From: Phoronis australis | Lineage: Eukaryota; Animalia; Phoronida | Assembly (NCBI GenBank): GCA_002633005.1 | Contig: NMRA01000653.1 | Span: 162,004 to 226,003, forward strand | DNA: 64,000 nt | Direction of reading: 5' to 3' | Part shown: positions 52,001 to 64,000 of the stretch, piece after piece | Numbering within the stretch: position 1 is the first letter of the stretch | Layout of the letters: every line of letters begins with the position of its first letter | Position numbers and translations under genes: made by a program | The notes under the pieces: generated by a model | Databases searched by the model: none | The model's input: only the letters and a program-made list of their open reading frames with translations | What the model was told of the DNA's origin: nothing

Positions 52001-53507
52001 AGAAGAATGCCACCCAAAAAACAACCTATTTTGTATCAATTTATATCGAGTAGTTCTACTTGATAACGGCACGTTCGGTTGCGTTACCTGACGCCTGACG
52101 GCAGACGGAGGTGTTGAAATTTTCCAATGACGTCATTTGTTTCACACGCAGTGTGTTCAGATCACAACACGGGTTACTGGTGTCAGCTTATCGCTTGAAT
52201 TCATCTCTTAATACAAATAAATCATCAAAATTGGACGTAAAACCCTTAAAAGTACACCGAGTTCTAATAAAAACGTGTTGTTTTATTTCGCTGTTATTTA
52301 TTTATTTATTTGATTTATTGCTATTTGGACACACCGTAGCGTACAAAGTTCGGCCTGCCAATTTACCAAGGTCCGTAGCAGCAGTTTGGGGTCTGTTCGG
52401 AGATAAATTCGAAGTATTTTTCCGTGAAATACAGACAAGAGAACTTAGACCTGTGTTATTATTTAGACTTGTGAGTTTTTTTAGTTCTAAACACACAAAA
52501 CGCTGGTTATCCCGGTCAGTGGCTCGGAACTCGATCAGGCCCCGCGTCGCGACCGGACTGACTCGTTATCCCGGCCAGTAGCTCGGAACCCGATCCAGCC
52601 TGTCGCGGCCGCCGGGACAGGCACGAACATAAACCAGCTTGAGTTGGAAACTAAACCTCCAGTCACGAAAAGACTATAATAATGAGCCAAAGAAATAATG
52701 TGCATGTAATTATTTATGTGAATTAGCCACGAAACTGTGAAAATTTACTTACTTGTCGGGGACCGCGAAGTCGGGTTCCCCTTCCACAGACCGTCAGGGC
52801 AAAGGTTGTAAAGTAACAATAATTTGAATAGTGTATTTATATTTCTAAATAAAGATTCTCCTAACATGTGACCATAGCATATAAAATCATTGATTAGGAT
52901 GAGAATAATTCATTTTGAAACAGAACGCAAAATAATAAACGTCTGCATGGCAACTCGCCCTGCGCCAATCCCGACTTAGCCAAGAGCTCATCCGAAGAAG
53001 ACTTCACTTGTCGGATCGTTAGGCTATCAGTTCGAACCGGAATACACTGATCAAGAAATACTAGAGGCGCCGTGAACATGCACAGACAACGGAAAGTATG
53101 GATAGTTCTTTGGTAATCCGGAATTCGTCAGAGAAATCACTGCCGACGAAACGCCGGTCACAGACACGGAGATGTTTAACGGCCTCATACTTGCTATTAA
53201 CAGCGTACCTTTCATTCTTCACTACCGCGAGCCACTTCCTAAGCATTTTGGGCTCTCGAGAAAGTCGAAAAAACGATATACCCGCTTTCTTCGCAGCTTC
53301 ATAGCTCGGACAAGCGAGAACGATGCACCACAATATAGGTGCATTCACTATGCATTCAAACCGCTGACGTCGCTGCGTCGTTTCTCACCTTCCTCACAGG
53401 TTAACGCGACACCTCTCGGCAAGGTGAGGTCGACCGTATAAGAGGAGATTTGGATATAGACCAATTAAGACGGTAAAAAGACTAATTAAATCGGGTGGCA
53501 TTTTCCT
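52001..53507 (-). mobile_element. Kolobok-type element with the best-preserved THAP remnant (copy D, longest)
   Basis: TTAA at 51997-52000 and 53508-53511; TIRs agaagaatgccaccc / gggtggcattttcct; ORF 53061-53348 reads CIVLAC...GISFFRLSREPKMLRKWLAVV...LRVCDRRF, a THAP C2CH pattern with the His lost. Confidence 0.85.
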
Positions 53508-56500
53508 TTAAGATATCTATGGAAATTACATTTTGGCGGGATACCGGGCTGCAAGAGTTTCGAGTCGCCGATTTTACCACTGCACCACTCAGCGGCTGAC
53601 GTCCTCGAACGTGAAAATAGAATACTTAAATGAGCACGCGCAACAATCGCATGTTCATCAAAGGGCATTGTACTAACATTGATACGCTATGAAAAATCAG
53701 ACGCATCATTTCCATAAAACGATATTTTAATTCAGTGCGAGTATCGTGTCGTCGAGATCCTTTGACTTGCGAATTACACTCAGTTACCAGTGGTAACCTA
53801 CTTTAGCAGACGATAGTTTCCCGGTCGAAGCTTAGCGTGATAAAATGTGTTGTAAGGTATAATAGTTGCTAAGCATTAATCTATAGATTCACTTTATTTC
53901 TATTTTGTTTAAATTTTCAATTGGTTTTGAGAAAAAGAATTTATTTGAGAAAAATAGCTCGGCTTTTCATAAAAGGTCACGACCGCCGACCCCGGGCGTC
54001 TGACATTGAAAGTAGTTACACAGCCGAGGCGAGTTGAGTAAGGTAGATCGATTCATTGCAATGTTACTCGTTAAGTATGTGGTATAAATAGATTATTACA
54101 TGTTCACAGTGGTTATTTCCCTTTTTTAGAACCCTCGTGGATTCTCCAAAATCCAATCGGGCTCCAGAATACGGGGGATAACGACTTCGCCATGTAATAA
54201 TCTATATATATATGACAATTGACATCTGATATATTGCGTAATGAGCATGATACATTGTTGCGGAAAAAAGTAAAGGATATAATTTAAGAAGTCTTTATGT
54301 TCAATCCATCAGGTTCAAGTGTGTTAAGCCTATTTATCCAAAATTGTTCTCTTTTGAGTCTGTGAGGGGTACTGGGGTATTGGAGTTTCTCTATTATTTG
54401 TACAGAAAGATCTTGTAGATGATGTTTGTTTAGTATCACAAATGTTTTTAATGTATTACGTTAAATCTGTAATTGCGAAACCGAATTTGTAGATTATGTT
54501 AAGTTTGTACTACTTATTGAACGGAACATTTTCTACATGTTATAAGTAAATTATATTGTTGGTGGTGCAGTCAGAATAATGTTTTACCCCTGATTGCAGA
54601 CCTCACCGAGTTGCTTCCTGTGAATTAAACTGTGCGCATGATATCCGCTAAAACATTAGCAACTTTACAATGGCACGATGGCGCATAGTGCGCATGCTCT
54701 CCTCACTAGCCCACCCATTTATCAACCACGTAAAACAGACGAGAATAAACCTGAGAAAATGCCATTTCCGTGACGCCTCTTTATTTAGTAACAGAAATTT
54801 GCAGGACTGCCAAGCGGAGTACTTAGATTGAGTCGTTAAGTGGCACTGTACAGTGGCTCTTACCAATACAAGGGAAGTCATGCTTTTTGTCTGTACAAGG
54901 GTGCTCGGCAAAACTAGGCAAGAATTTTGAATCGTTTGCATGAACCACTTAACCACGCCAACTCCCGGGTTTGGGCCACGGAGCCAAAATATCATGCATA
55001 CGAAGAGAGTCCACTTGCAAATAAAAGTCGCATATTCATTTCTGCATGTGAATCTTAAATTCATCCACCCGAGCACACAATCATCCGCAGGAACCAAATA
55101 CTATTCGAATACGTTAAATGTTCGTGTGAAAGAGTTATCTTTGTTCGAACGACTGCGAAGTTTTCCGGCGAGACCGAACGCGGGTTGCGTTCGATTTGCG
55201 AGCCGGTCGAGTCGCTCAATAAAATGGAACGTACTGAGAAACAAGATCAAACTAAAAAAGAAATGCCATGGTAATTTTTCCAGCTAAAACATCAAACGAA
55301 CAAAAATCAAGCCGTTGTTGTTCACATCAGTGACTTTTTCAGTTTTCAAGTTGTCCATTGTATTTGCTACCAGTTTTGGCATCTTTAGTTTGTGCCTGTG
55401 TACCTGTTGTAATATTAGCAGGAGCCGGGGTCTAGAAATGGGATTATTTTTGGCATTTTCTGTTCTACTTTTGAGCGAACTCAAGATACGTTGGGATTAG
55501 TCAGTGCTTGAGTTCATTATGGTTCATGAGTGTGAGTTTCTAGTAAAAGTATTGAGTTACAAACTCGAGTAAAATTGACACACTTATCTTGAATTCGCAC
55601 AAATGTAGGATAGAAAATGCCAAAAACAATTTCCAGTTCGGTTTCAACTAAAAAGAGTAGATCCAGTGGCCAGATTTCTAAGCAACCACACCGGGTTTAG
55701 TTACGGAAGGTTTGACTGCTACGCGGCGTCAACATCTCGGTAAAATTATCGCAATGTGACGCGAGAGCGAGAGCCCATTGCTGTTATATAGTGTTCAACG
55801 TTTATCTTCCAGAAACCGGAATGATAACAACGATACTTTGTCTAAAGAAACGGATGTACTTATCAAGAAGATATAACACATCACTCGTGAACCGCTCATT
55901 GCAAATATCAAGTTTCATAGATATTGTGTTAATCAACGTTTCGGTTTATTACCACTAACCATTCTCAAGACAAATGCAAGTTTCATAGTCCTAGTGATAC
56001 TAAAACAATACGATTTCCTTGACTATTTCCACTGATAGGGAGGGTGTCCGATTTCAAGCCAATTTCGCAACAAGCACGTTTTGCTATGAAGGCTCAACTC
56101 AAGTGACCTCGTGAGCTACACATTGCGTTTCCGTTAAGTAAAATGTAAGAAACTGAATTCATCGCCGCAGAGTCTGAAGTGACGAATTTAACGTATACAC
56201 TTATTCTAAATTGGTTATTTCAAATGCTGTTACAGTTTTCTAAATAAGCATTTCGTTTCTGTTTTTACGTAACGACTTCTGAGTTTCTTTCTAAAAATCA
56301 TAAAACTCATATTTCTTATAATTTTTCATGCAAAAGTAGAGGGTTCAATTTGGGCAGCAGTGATAAAGATTAGCTTCTGAAAAACGATGCTCCGAATATA
56401 GTCACCCAGAGTTTGGCATATTTGGTTCCGACATAAACTCATGGTAGATAGATATATAGATTACGGGGATGTAAACCAAAACAAGCAAAATGAGTATATT

Positions 56501-59500
56501 TTTATCATTCTTCGTTAAAAATGGACGCATTTTGAAAAGTTTTTAACAGTGTTTTGGAAAATAGTGCACAAAGCACAGTTTTTGGAAGTTTCATGTGAAT
56601 CCAATCAGCCATTTAAGATGTTCCGAAGTTTGCCAAATTTGGATATTTTGCAAAAGTCCTACATAAACCTTTTTCAAACATTAATTGTAACAAACTAATA
56701 ATTGCAATACAAACATGTACATTTAGCAGCGTTATAATTGTACTAGGTTCCAATATACGTTGTGTTTTTCTAATGTATCGTTAATTTTGCTGATAGAAAA
56801 TTCTATATTTTTATAGTTTTTCAAACTCATGAAATCAGATGTTAACGCAATATTGTTCTGCATTCTACATTGATATATTGCATTTTTGCAATTAAAGTTA
56901 CAAGATTTATATTGTTGCTACATTTGGTATTTCCAAACAAAATACCATGATCGTTTAAATTATCAATGCTAAGGAAATCAATCTCCTACACAAACTTAAC
57001 TAACTTTTTAGTAAAGCTTTAGCAGACAATCTTTCCATTCCATTCACTATGACGAATGTTTATAAAAGTTTGAAATTGTTCACCTGTACAGGTTGTGCTG
57101 AACTTTATTTTTGCGACTGGCCGTAGCACTCGCGTCGGACACACGGGTTTTAAAATAAAAATGCTCACAGTGTTTTAGCTGCTGTTCAAAATTCAGACAT
57201 TCAAGCAAAATACTCCTTGAAAACATTTTAACAACGAATTACCACTGCATGCCCCAACTTCTGAAATGCCGCTCTGGCTTGTGTCGAGTAAAAATTCCTT
57301 TTTCAGGAAACGTAATGCATCTTAATCAGTTGTTTTTCTATAATTTTGAGAATACAACTAACAGGCATGCTCCCTCGTGACATTGCCTGCTAGATTCTAG
57401 CATCCTGGGTAGCGCACTGACAATTTCTTTTGATTTTTGACCCGAAAACAACTGTCGTTGATGAATGATAGAGTAGATCTTCTTTAACAAAGATAGGGAT
57501 GGTGATTCTTGATACCAGAAAAAATGGTACCCATAAAAGAATCTTCGTATACGTGGTTCTTATGCAGCAGTCAAAAGTAACACTGTTCTATCGTTATCAA
57601 TTCATTCACTTATATGCACGTTTTAGGCAACAATACCAGCATTAAAATACGCCCACGAATCTGAATTTTAACCTGTTTCTGAAATACCATAACTTACCTT
57701 GCAAAACGATAGTGTTATAATTCTTTATCCTTTTAAGCGTGTCACCAAACTTTTAACTGCTCTAAAACTCTCGTTAGACACGCTACAACGCTATTTGCAG
57801 ACTATTGCATCTGCCGTCGACGACGTCCGTTACAATTCATAGTCGCGTGAATGGATATTTTATTTATAACTTTCAATCAAATTAGTACATCGCAAGTCAT
57901 CATAAGGTAACTGGGATAGGTTCAGTGACGTTGTACTTTTGCGAGTTTGACGAGATCACGAAAGTCTCCGCGAACAGAGTTGGGTCACGTGATCTTTCTT
58001 AGTCTCACTCAGTGGCTGAGTTAGAAGGTACTCCGTCAAACGATTACAATGACTCGAAGGCAGCGCAATAACGCGGCGTCTTTCAGGACGAACAGCAAAA
58101 AATATTAGTTCAGCTAACAAAATTACACAACAATTAGCACACTCGTGGTCATAGAAATTATTGCCATGAAGGAAATTTGCTTACAAAAGAGACGGGAGTG
58201 AAGTGAATTTTTGCGGTCAAGATTATTGTGGTCTCTTTTTTGCGGCACAGCACAATTTGGAAAAATGAAAGAAGTGAAACAGGTACTCAGTGCCTTCAAA
58301 ACAAAGATGCAGAAACAGTTGCAATGACTCTGCAAGCAATGGACATGATACTTCGTACTACATGTAGGTGTTGTTATACTATAAATAATAAGCTACCGCC
58401 ATATTGTTTTGTTTATCTCCAATTTAGAGTTGTTGTTAGGGGTGTGACACAATCACTTTTCGTCCCTCTGGCGTCACCTCCTCCTCACTATAAACCGTTG
58501 TTATACGTTGATACAAACGCAGAGACTCCAACTTTTAACTGAAGAAATTCTGGAAATTTCCAAAATACCTCAACCAGGCCTTCCCTGGTCACGCAAACAC
58601 GGTCTTTCATAGTCACAACGAATTCTGAAAAATCATGACTTTGCTTTCAGGTGAATTTCACAAACTGGATTTCCATGACGAAATCATATAAATTTCGCAA
58701 TGGATATGTCGTTGGTACCCAAGGAGGCTGTACAGCTGCAAACAAAAGACGGTATTTCGTTTATGAAGATTTAATGATAACGAAATGCAGAAAATACTGG
58801 AGATATGATGGAACTGCTGGAAATTGTACTCTTCAGCTGATAGAATATAAAAAATACCGGAGACTTACAGACTTTCAGTAAGAGTTGGCGTCTTCGTAAA
58901 CGCAATTATTCTGTCACGCGTGATCCGGTTGCATACGAAATAGTGTCACCGTGGAAGGTCGCCCTCCTCGTTGGTGTTGGCGACAGCAATCAACTCCGAC
59001 AAGGGGAAAAGGTTTCTTGCATGTGTGATTTTATTGTGTCACAACAGGAAAGTGACTTTCCAGATCAGGGAAGTAAAGGATGGAAATTGACCTGCGACCT
59101 CCCTCGTGACCTCTGACCAGCGATAAAGTTTACCTATCTGTAATGAAAAACATTTGAAACGCTGTGCCTTTACTTTGGATAAATAATGACTAGTGAATTG
59201 TGGGATGATTTTAATGAAACACTTACCTATTTTATAATTATTTTCATAAAATATACCGAAACAACAAGCCAACAACACCTTTGAAACAATCATGTTTCAT
59301 CACCACAGCAACACCTTTTGCCTTGAGTTGACTATAATTCTTAACATCTGTATTTAGTTTTTGATCTGTAGTTTACTGTTAACTACATACTTGGTTGCAA
59401 AGATCACTGATTGTGCTCTACTGAAGTGAAAAGAAACGTGTAACACGTTTTGCCGTTCCATTAGAGATGATTTCTCACCGCAAGTGAATGGCTAATGCCT

Positions 59501-59852
59501 TGGGTCCACGGAACCCACCCACTCTCGATGTCTGAGCGTTCCGTAAGTGGCTCCAAGTTTGACAACCGTAAAGACCATTTCTGGTTGTCACTACAAACAA
59601 GAAAGGAATGCGTGAGCTCTGCTGGGTTTCTTAGGTTATGTGGGAGCATCCCGACAAAGCTATGCATTTAGCCAAACACCTAAAAACTATGCAAATTAAG
59701 AGGGTACAAACCCCCGTTCCGTCTAATAGGAGAACGTGGTCTCAACTTCTCGACTCATGGGTTTGCAAACTATTACCTGGGTTCGTTATCCTTTGATGCC
59801 ATGCTCGGTGTATAAAAGAACACGCCTTGACTAACCAGCTTGAAACACCTGG

Positions 59853-60002
59853 CGTGCGTTCAATAGACTCTAGGACCTACGCTAGGACCTAGCTAAAACC
59901 TAGTCAAAGTCACGTGTTCTCATTTAAAATACACGGCAATATCTCACGTAATCTCGCGAAGTCTTGCTTTTTAGCGAGGTCCTAGCGTAACTGAACGGGA
60001 GG
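59853..60002 (-). mobile_element. 150-bp copy of the same MITE, 4-bp TSD (ctgg), right-arm-specific
   Basis: Flanked by ctgg (59849-59852, 60003-60006); empty site at ~5172-5190. Older partial copies at ~19600-19692 and ~44812-44918. Confidence 0.85.
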
Positions 60003-62896
60003 CTGGTCTCAAGCACCTACGGAGTGTCAGTTAGTGGGCCCTGAGCTGTAGGAGCTTCAAAAAACGTTGCGTGAGCACGTTCACCTAGAAATTTTATGTT
60101 AACGTTTTCCTCCTCAATCATAGGTGCACTTTTTTAAAAGTGAAAAAATCCTGCGACTAAAGTTGCACATTTTTGTGGAATTTTCCCACGAATTTGTTGA
60201 AAAATTACAAATGTTGACATTTGGAGTTTGTGTTTAATGTGTCATCATTAATAGAAATATAGAATTTAAACTTTGTTGGCCACACTCAACAAATGAAATG
60301 AGCAAAATAGGTCAAAATAAGCTTTTTAAATCCCAATGCCAGGTAGTGGTAGAATGAAAAACTACTTTAAATTACAAGTGACCCGGACCGTTTTGACGTT
60401 TACAGTAAACAAGTGATGAAGTTAGGTCTAAAAGCTGTTACAACTAACTGAAGACGCACGAGATGGGCGGTGATATTTTGCTAACAAAAATTACGATAAT
60501 GCAGGAGCTGTGTCGCAGTAGAAGGAAATAAAAATAGAGGACTCAGGGTCACGAACTAAAAAGAACTGTGAGACAGTGGTAGGAAAAGGTAGAGGGCTCA
60601 AGATCCACAAAGTAATAACCCTAAAATCATCTCCAATTCGATTAAACGGAACAATATGAACCGAGACTAATTTCATAACGTTAACTTTTTATGGAAGATG
60701 GGTTGATAACCTCTTTAAGAGTATATATTTTTATTGATTTTCTGAAGGAATGAAGTAAAATTTGATTGTTGACTTGACGCCAATCTGAATCCAAACTACT
60801 TCAAATTACAAGTGTCCCGGACAGTTTTGACATTTACAATAAACAAGTGATGGCAGTTAGAACTGCAAGCCGAAGCTTAAAACTGAAAGCACACGAGAAG
60901 GGCGGTGATATTTGATTAACAAAATTACGATGAAGCAGGAACTGTGTCGCAGTAGCAGGAATTAAAAGTAGAGGAATTGGGGTCTGCGAAATAAAGTCCT
61001 GAAATCACCTCTAATTCAATTAAGGAACAATATAAGACCAATTTCATAACAGTATTTTTTATGAAAGATGGGTTTATGTCCGCTTTATCTCAGTAACAGT
61101 ATATATGAGTATATTTTGATTTTCTGAAAGAATGAGGTCCGTAAAATTTGATTTTGGCTTAACGAAAATCTGATATTATTTGGATTACTGATCATGTCTC
61201 CCTAGTGAAATTTAACCAAAAGGTATACATTCATAGCAAGCCAACGGTAACAGTAACGTGTCCAAATTCTCTTGATATAATTGATAAAGATGAAATGAAT
61301 CAAAAATGCTGACCTTACATTTCCTGAGTCGACATATTGTTTTATTCAGCTTGGTCTCAAATTGTTCCTTATTCAAGTTAGAGATGATTTGCATGTCTAC
61401 GAAAGAACTGTTACAACTTGAGATGAGGCTCTATACGTTGGCTCGTCACGATATTATGGTTTCTGTGACGAGCATGCCAAACTGTCGGTTCTTTGGAAAC
61501 CAGAAATCGTTTTTCACCAAGGAGTAAGTTAAGACCAAACTTACAGCTCTAAGTGAACTGAATAAAAAACAGGTTCTCAGACGAGTTTATAAAGCTGCTG
61601 TAGATATGCGGCTAGCAGACTTGTCAATGACAATAGGGTCTATCACACCATAGATAGTATATGATCACACCTAAAGGACTAAATGTAGCTCACTAGGCCC
61701 ACTTCCTCTCTTGTTAGTCGTGGCAACCATGATCTTTAGGCCTACTAAAATAAATGCAAGTCCAATTTTTGACAGCCTCTCATGCCAAAGTGAACTAGCG
61801 CCAATGCAAGACACTAGAAAGTTTTGTGCGAACCGTATCAGCCATTTCTGAGATCTGAAGTTCCCAAGTTAGCCAAATTTGGTCATTTTTCTGAGGATCC
61901 GCATGTAGCAAGTAGGCATAACGTTCATACCTGCTCTCGTTGATTATGAAGACTGTAAATTTAGCCTAAGTAGAAACGAATTAGGCACTGCTAAACTGTA
62001 AACAATGGCGTGACACAGTGCCTTGCGCGAAAGGGAGCGGCGCGTGAAATTTTTGCACGAGGCGCGCTCGTAGGCCTACTTTCAGTAAGTGGGCCTTGAA
62101 CTGTAGGTTACGTGAGTGCTTTGACCTGGCAATTTTAAATTAACAATTTCCACATCATCTATAAGTGGGCCTTTCAAATAATTCAATCGTACTTTGATTC
62201 AAAGAGACCTACTTGTTTATGGTCCACAACGTTTGCGCGCGAAACCTACTTCTTTTTGTAATGCCTATTACACTTTTTATATTTTGTGCAAATCAGTTCG
62301 TAACAAATTTGTTGTATTTGAAATATTCTTCAATTGCCCAAAAGACCAAATCCGTTTTTTGTGTTAATGACGCGATTGCTTTGGAAACCGTCTTAAGTTA
62401 AGGTTTGACAAAGAGAGAATTAGGAGTTTCTGAGGGATTCACTAAGGCTTCGATTAAAATTCACATCTTACCAGCAGCTTCTGTTTTTTCATCGTCACTC
62501 AGATTCCATTTTGTTTTAAAAATGAAGTAAAATTTTCTTCATTGCACAGTGAAGCAGACGACGGAAAGGAAGTCGTAGTGCGCAGCGCCACTGCCGGTCG
62601 TCTGGGATATCGCGGGAGATCCTACACTTAGCCATAGTTCCGTTACGATTGCCCCGTGTTCCCCCCAAACACACTAAACTGCACACATTTAAATGTTGTT
62701 TCAGCCGTATAATGTTAATTACCGGGGTTAATTAATAAACTCAACATTTCCCTAAGCTCTTGCTGTTTTATTTTTTTTTTTTTAAAGTGTGCCCTAAACT
62801 GGCTGAATTTCACCAAGTGTTTGCTGCAATATGTAAATGATCATCGTCCTGCTATTAATCAATTTATTTGAGAGCACGGGCGTGATTGGACCATAT

Positions 62897-63260
62897 GAAG
62901 GACCAAGGAACATCTAAATTCTGACAGAATTTACCTGTAAATATTCATCTACAGAGCTCCAATCATGATTGCTCTTTCAATGACTTTGCAATAATAGACT
63001 AGGCAGTAACAGCAAAGGAGCTTAAAATTTGTGAGGCTCTACACATCAGTTGGTGCAAGTCCAATCTCAATAGGGAACTGGCACACCACAGGTTGTCATT
63101 GTTGGTCTAGTTCATTGTCACTCCCAGTAACTGACTGTATCTGTGCTTCAATACTTGTTGCTGGGCCTAGCTAGGTGGCCACTGCATTTTCTCTTCTGAT
63201 GATGGTGTTTGAATAAATGACACCGAAACATGTCAAGTCGACTTAAAACCGTTGTTGTTT
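62897..63260 (+). mobile_element. 5'-truncated Penelope-like element 3' end (GIY-YIG endonuclease C-terminus, pseudogenised)
   Basis: 62946-63110 translates HLQSSNHDCSFNDFAIID*AVTAKELKICEALHISWCKSNLNRE..., preceded by RTKEHL in another frame; fits the F-x-I...L-x-I-x-EAL-x-I...LN pattern of Penelope endonucleases. Confidence 0.75.
63193..63237 (+). ncRNA. Minimal type I hammerhead ribozyme (Penelope-associated)
   Basis: ctt-CTGATGA-t-ggtgt[ttgaataaatg]acacc-GAAA-catg-TC-aag: conserved core, stem II ggtgt/acacc, palindromic acatgt stem III, GUC cleavage triplet, short stem I ctt/aag. Confidence 0.75.
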
Positions 63261-63551
63261 TCTTTAATACGCGATCTTAAGATTAAGCAAGACTCCAAGT
63301 TCACACACAGCAGCAATACATTTTATATGCTGAAATTTACACAAACTTCGGTGAAAACACGACTAGACTTTTCCAAGCTTGATACTGGTTCGTTCGTGGT
63401 GTCGGAACCACAGACATCTTAATACTACTGTGATGTCTAGGGTCCGTGTGCAGCTACGTAGCAAAACACCGAGAGACATAACAAACAAACAAATTAAAAC
63501 GCTAACTATATTTCGAGACTGCATGACATCATCAGGCAATGAGTGGAATGA

Positions 63552-63716
63552 ACATATATATACATATACATATACATATACAGAATTTGTTGAATGCACG
63601 ACACTTTTCATTGTTCACGGTCTTTATTCCGTTGCGTTCATACTTTCTGAACAACATATACATATACTATATACATATACGTATGTATGTATGTAAGTAT
63701 GTATGTATGTATGTAT
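63552..63716 (+). repeat. (CATATA)n / (TATG)n microsatellites
   Basis: Seen directly at ~63552-63581 and ~63654-63716. Confidence 0.85.
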
Positions 63717-64000
63717 AGCGATATAAACAGTGAAATACACGTGACAGCGGCCGGGAAGAGGGGCATACAAGCGTACAGATTTGTACAAGTCCAAATGATC
63801 AACCCGTTCTAAACTCCATGACCTACCAGTCTTGGTTGCGTTACATCGTGACGCGAACATTCATCTTCGCATATGAAGCGCCAAAGGGTTCTTAAAAGGG
63901 AACTGTATTTTATTCTAAATAAACTCTGGATAGTTTTCTATGAATTGTTGATTAATTTCACAAATAATTCAACACCAAAAATTAAACTTATGTTCTCTAA

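Larger units (their letters stand above)
34514..62899 (-). repeat. Right arm of the inverted segmental duplication
   Basis: Reverse complement of the left arm with many substitutions, indels and arm-specific TE insertions; outer homology stops where a Penelope fragment begins (~62897). Confidence 0.95.

Noticed and set aside
53540-53600. tRNA gene on the minus strand
   Set aside because: A-box-like tggtgcagtggtaa is present, but there is no B box or acceptor stem.

Overview
AT-rich, repeat-dense eukaryotic DNA from a draft assembly with N gaps. It looks like an invertebrate animal, and the repeat types suggest a lophotrochozoan or similar marine invertebrate (inference). Almost the whole window is one large, diverged inverted duplication: left arm ~2554-26717 mirrors right arm ~34514-62899 around a ~7.8 kb spacer. 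Each arm carries one copy of a spliced gene for a type I membrane protein: signal peptide, LRRNT, a long LRR array with an internal non-LRR loop, LRRCT, a Thr/Pro mucin stalk, one TM helix and a short Tyr-rich tail with no TIR domain. The genes are convergent. Copy A (+) has 3 coding exons; copy B (-) has 2, because its stalk and TM exons are fused in frame. Divergence between the paralogs concentrates in the membrane-proximal LRRs, while some tracts are near-identical, suggesting gene conversion. The spacer holds an inverted, near-identical pair of Kolobok-type (TTAA, THAP-remnant) elements around a solo LTR with a dense cluster of heat-shock elements just upstream of its TATA box. Comparing the arms gives empty and filled sites for several MITE/DNA-transposon families. 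Also present: a Helentron-type HINE, a DIRS/Ngaro RT fragment and a Penelope 3' fragment with a hammerhead ribozyme. All alignments and counts were done by eye and need computational confirmation.
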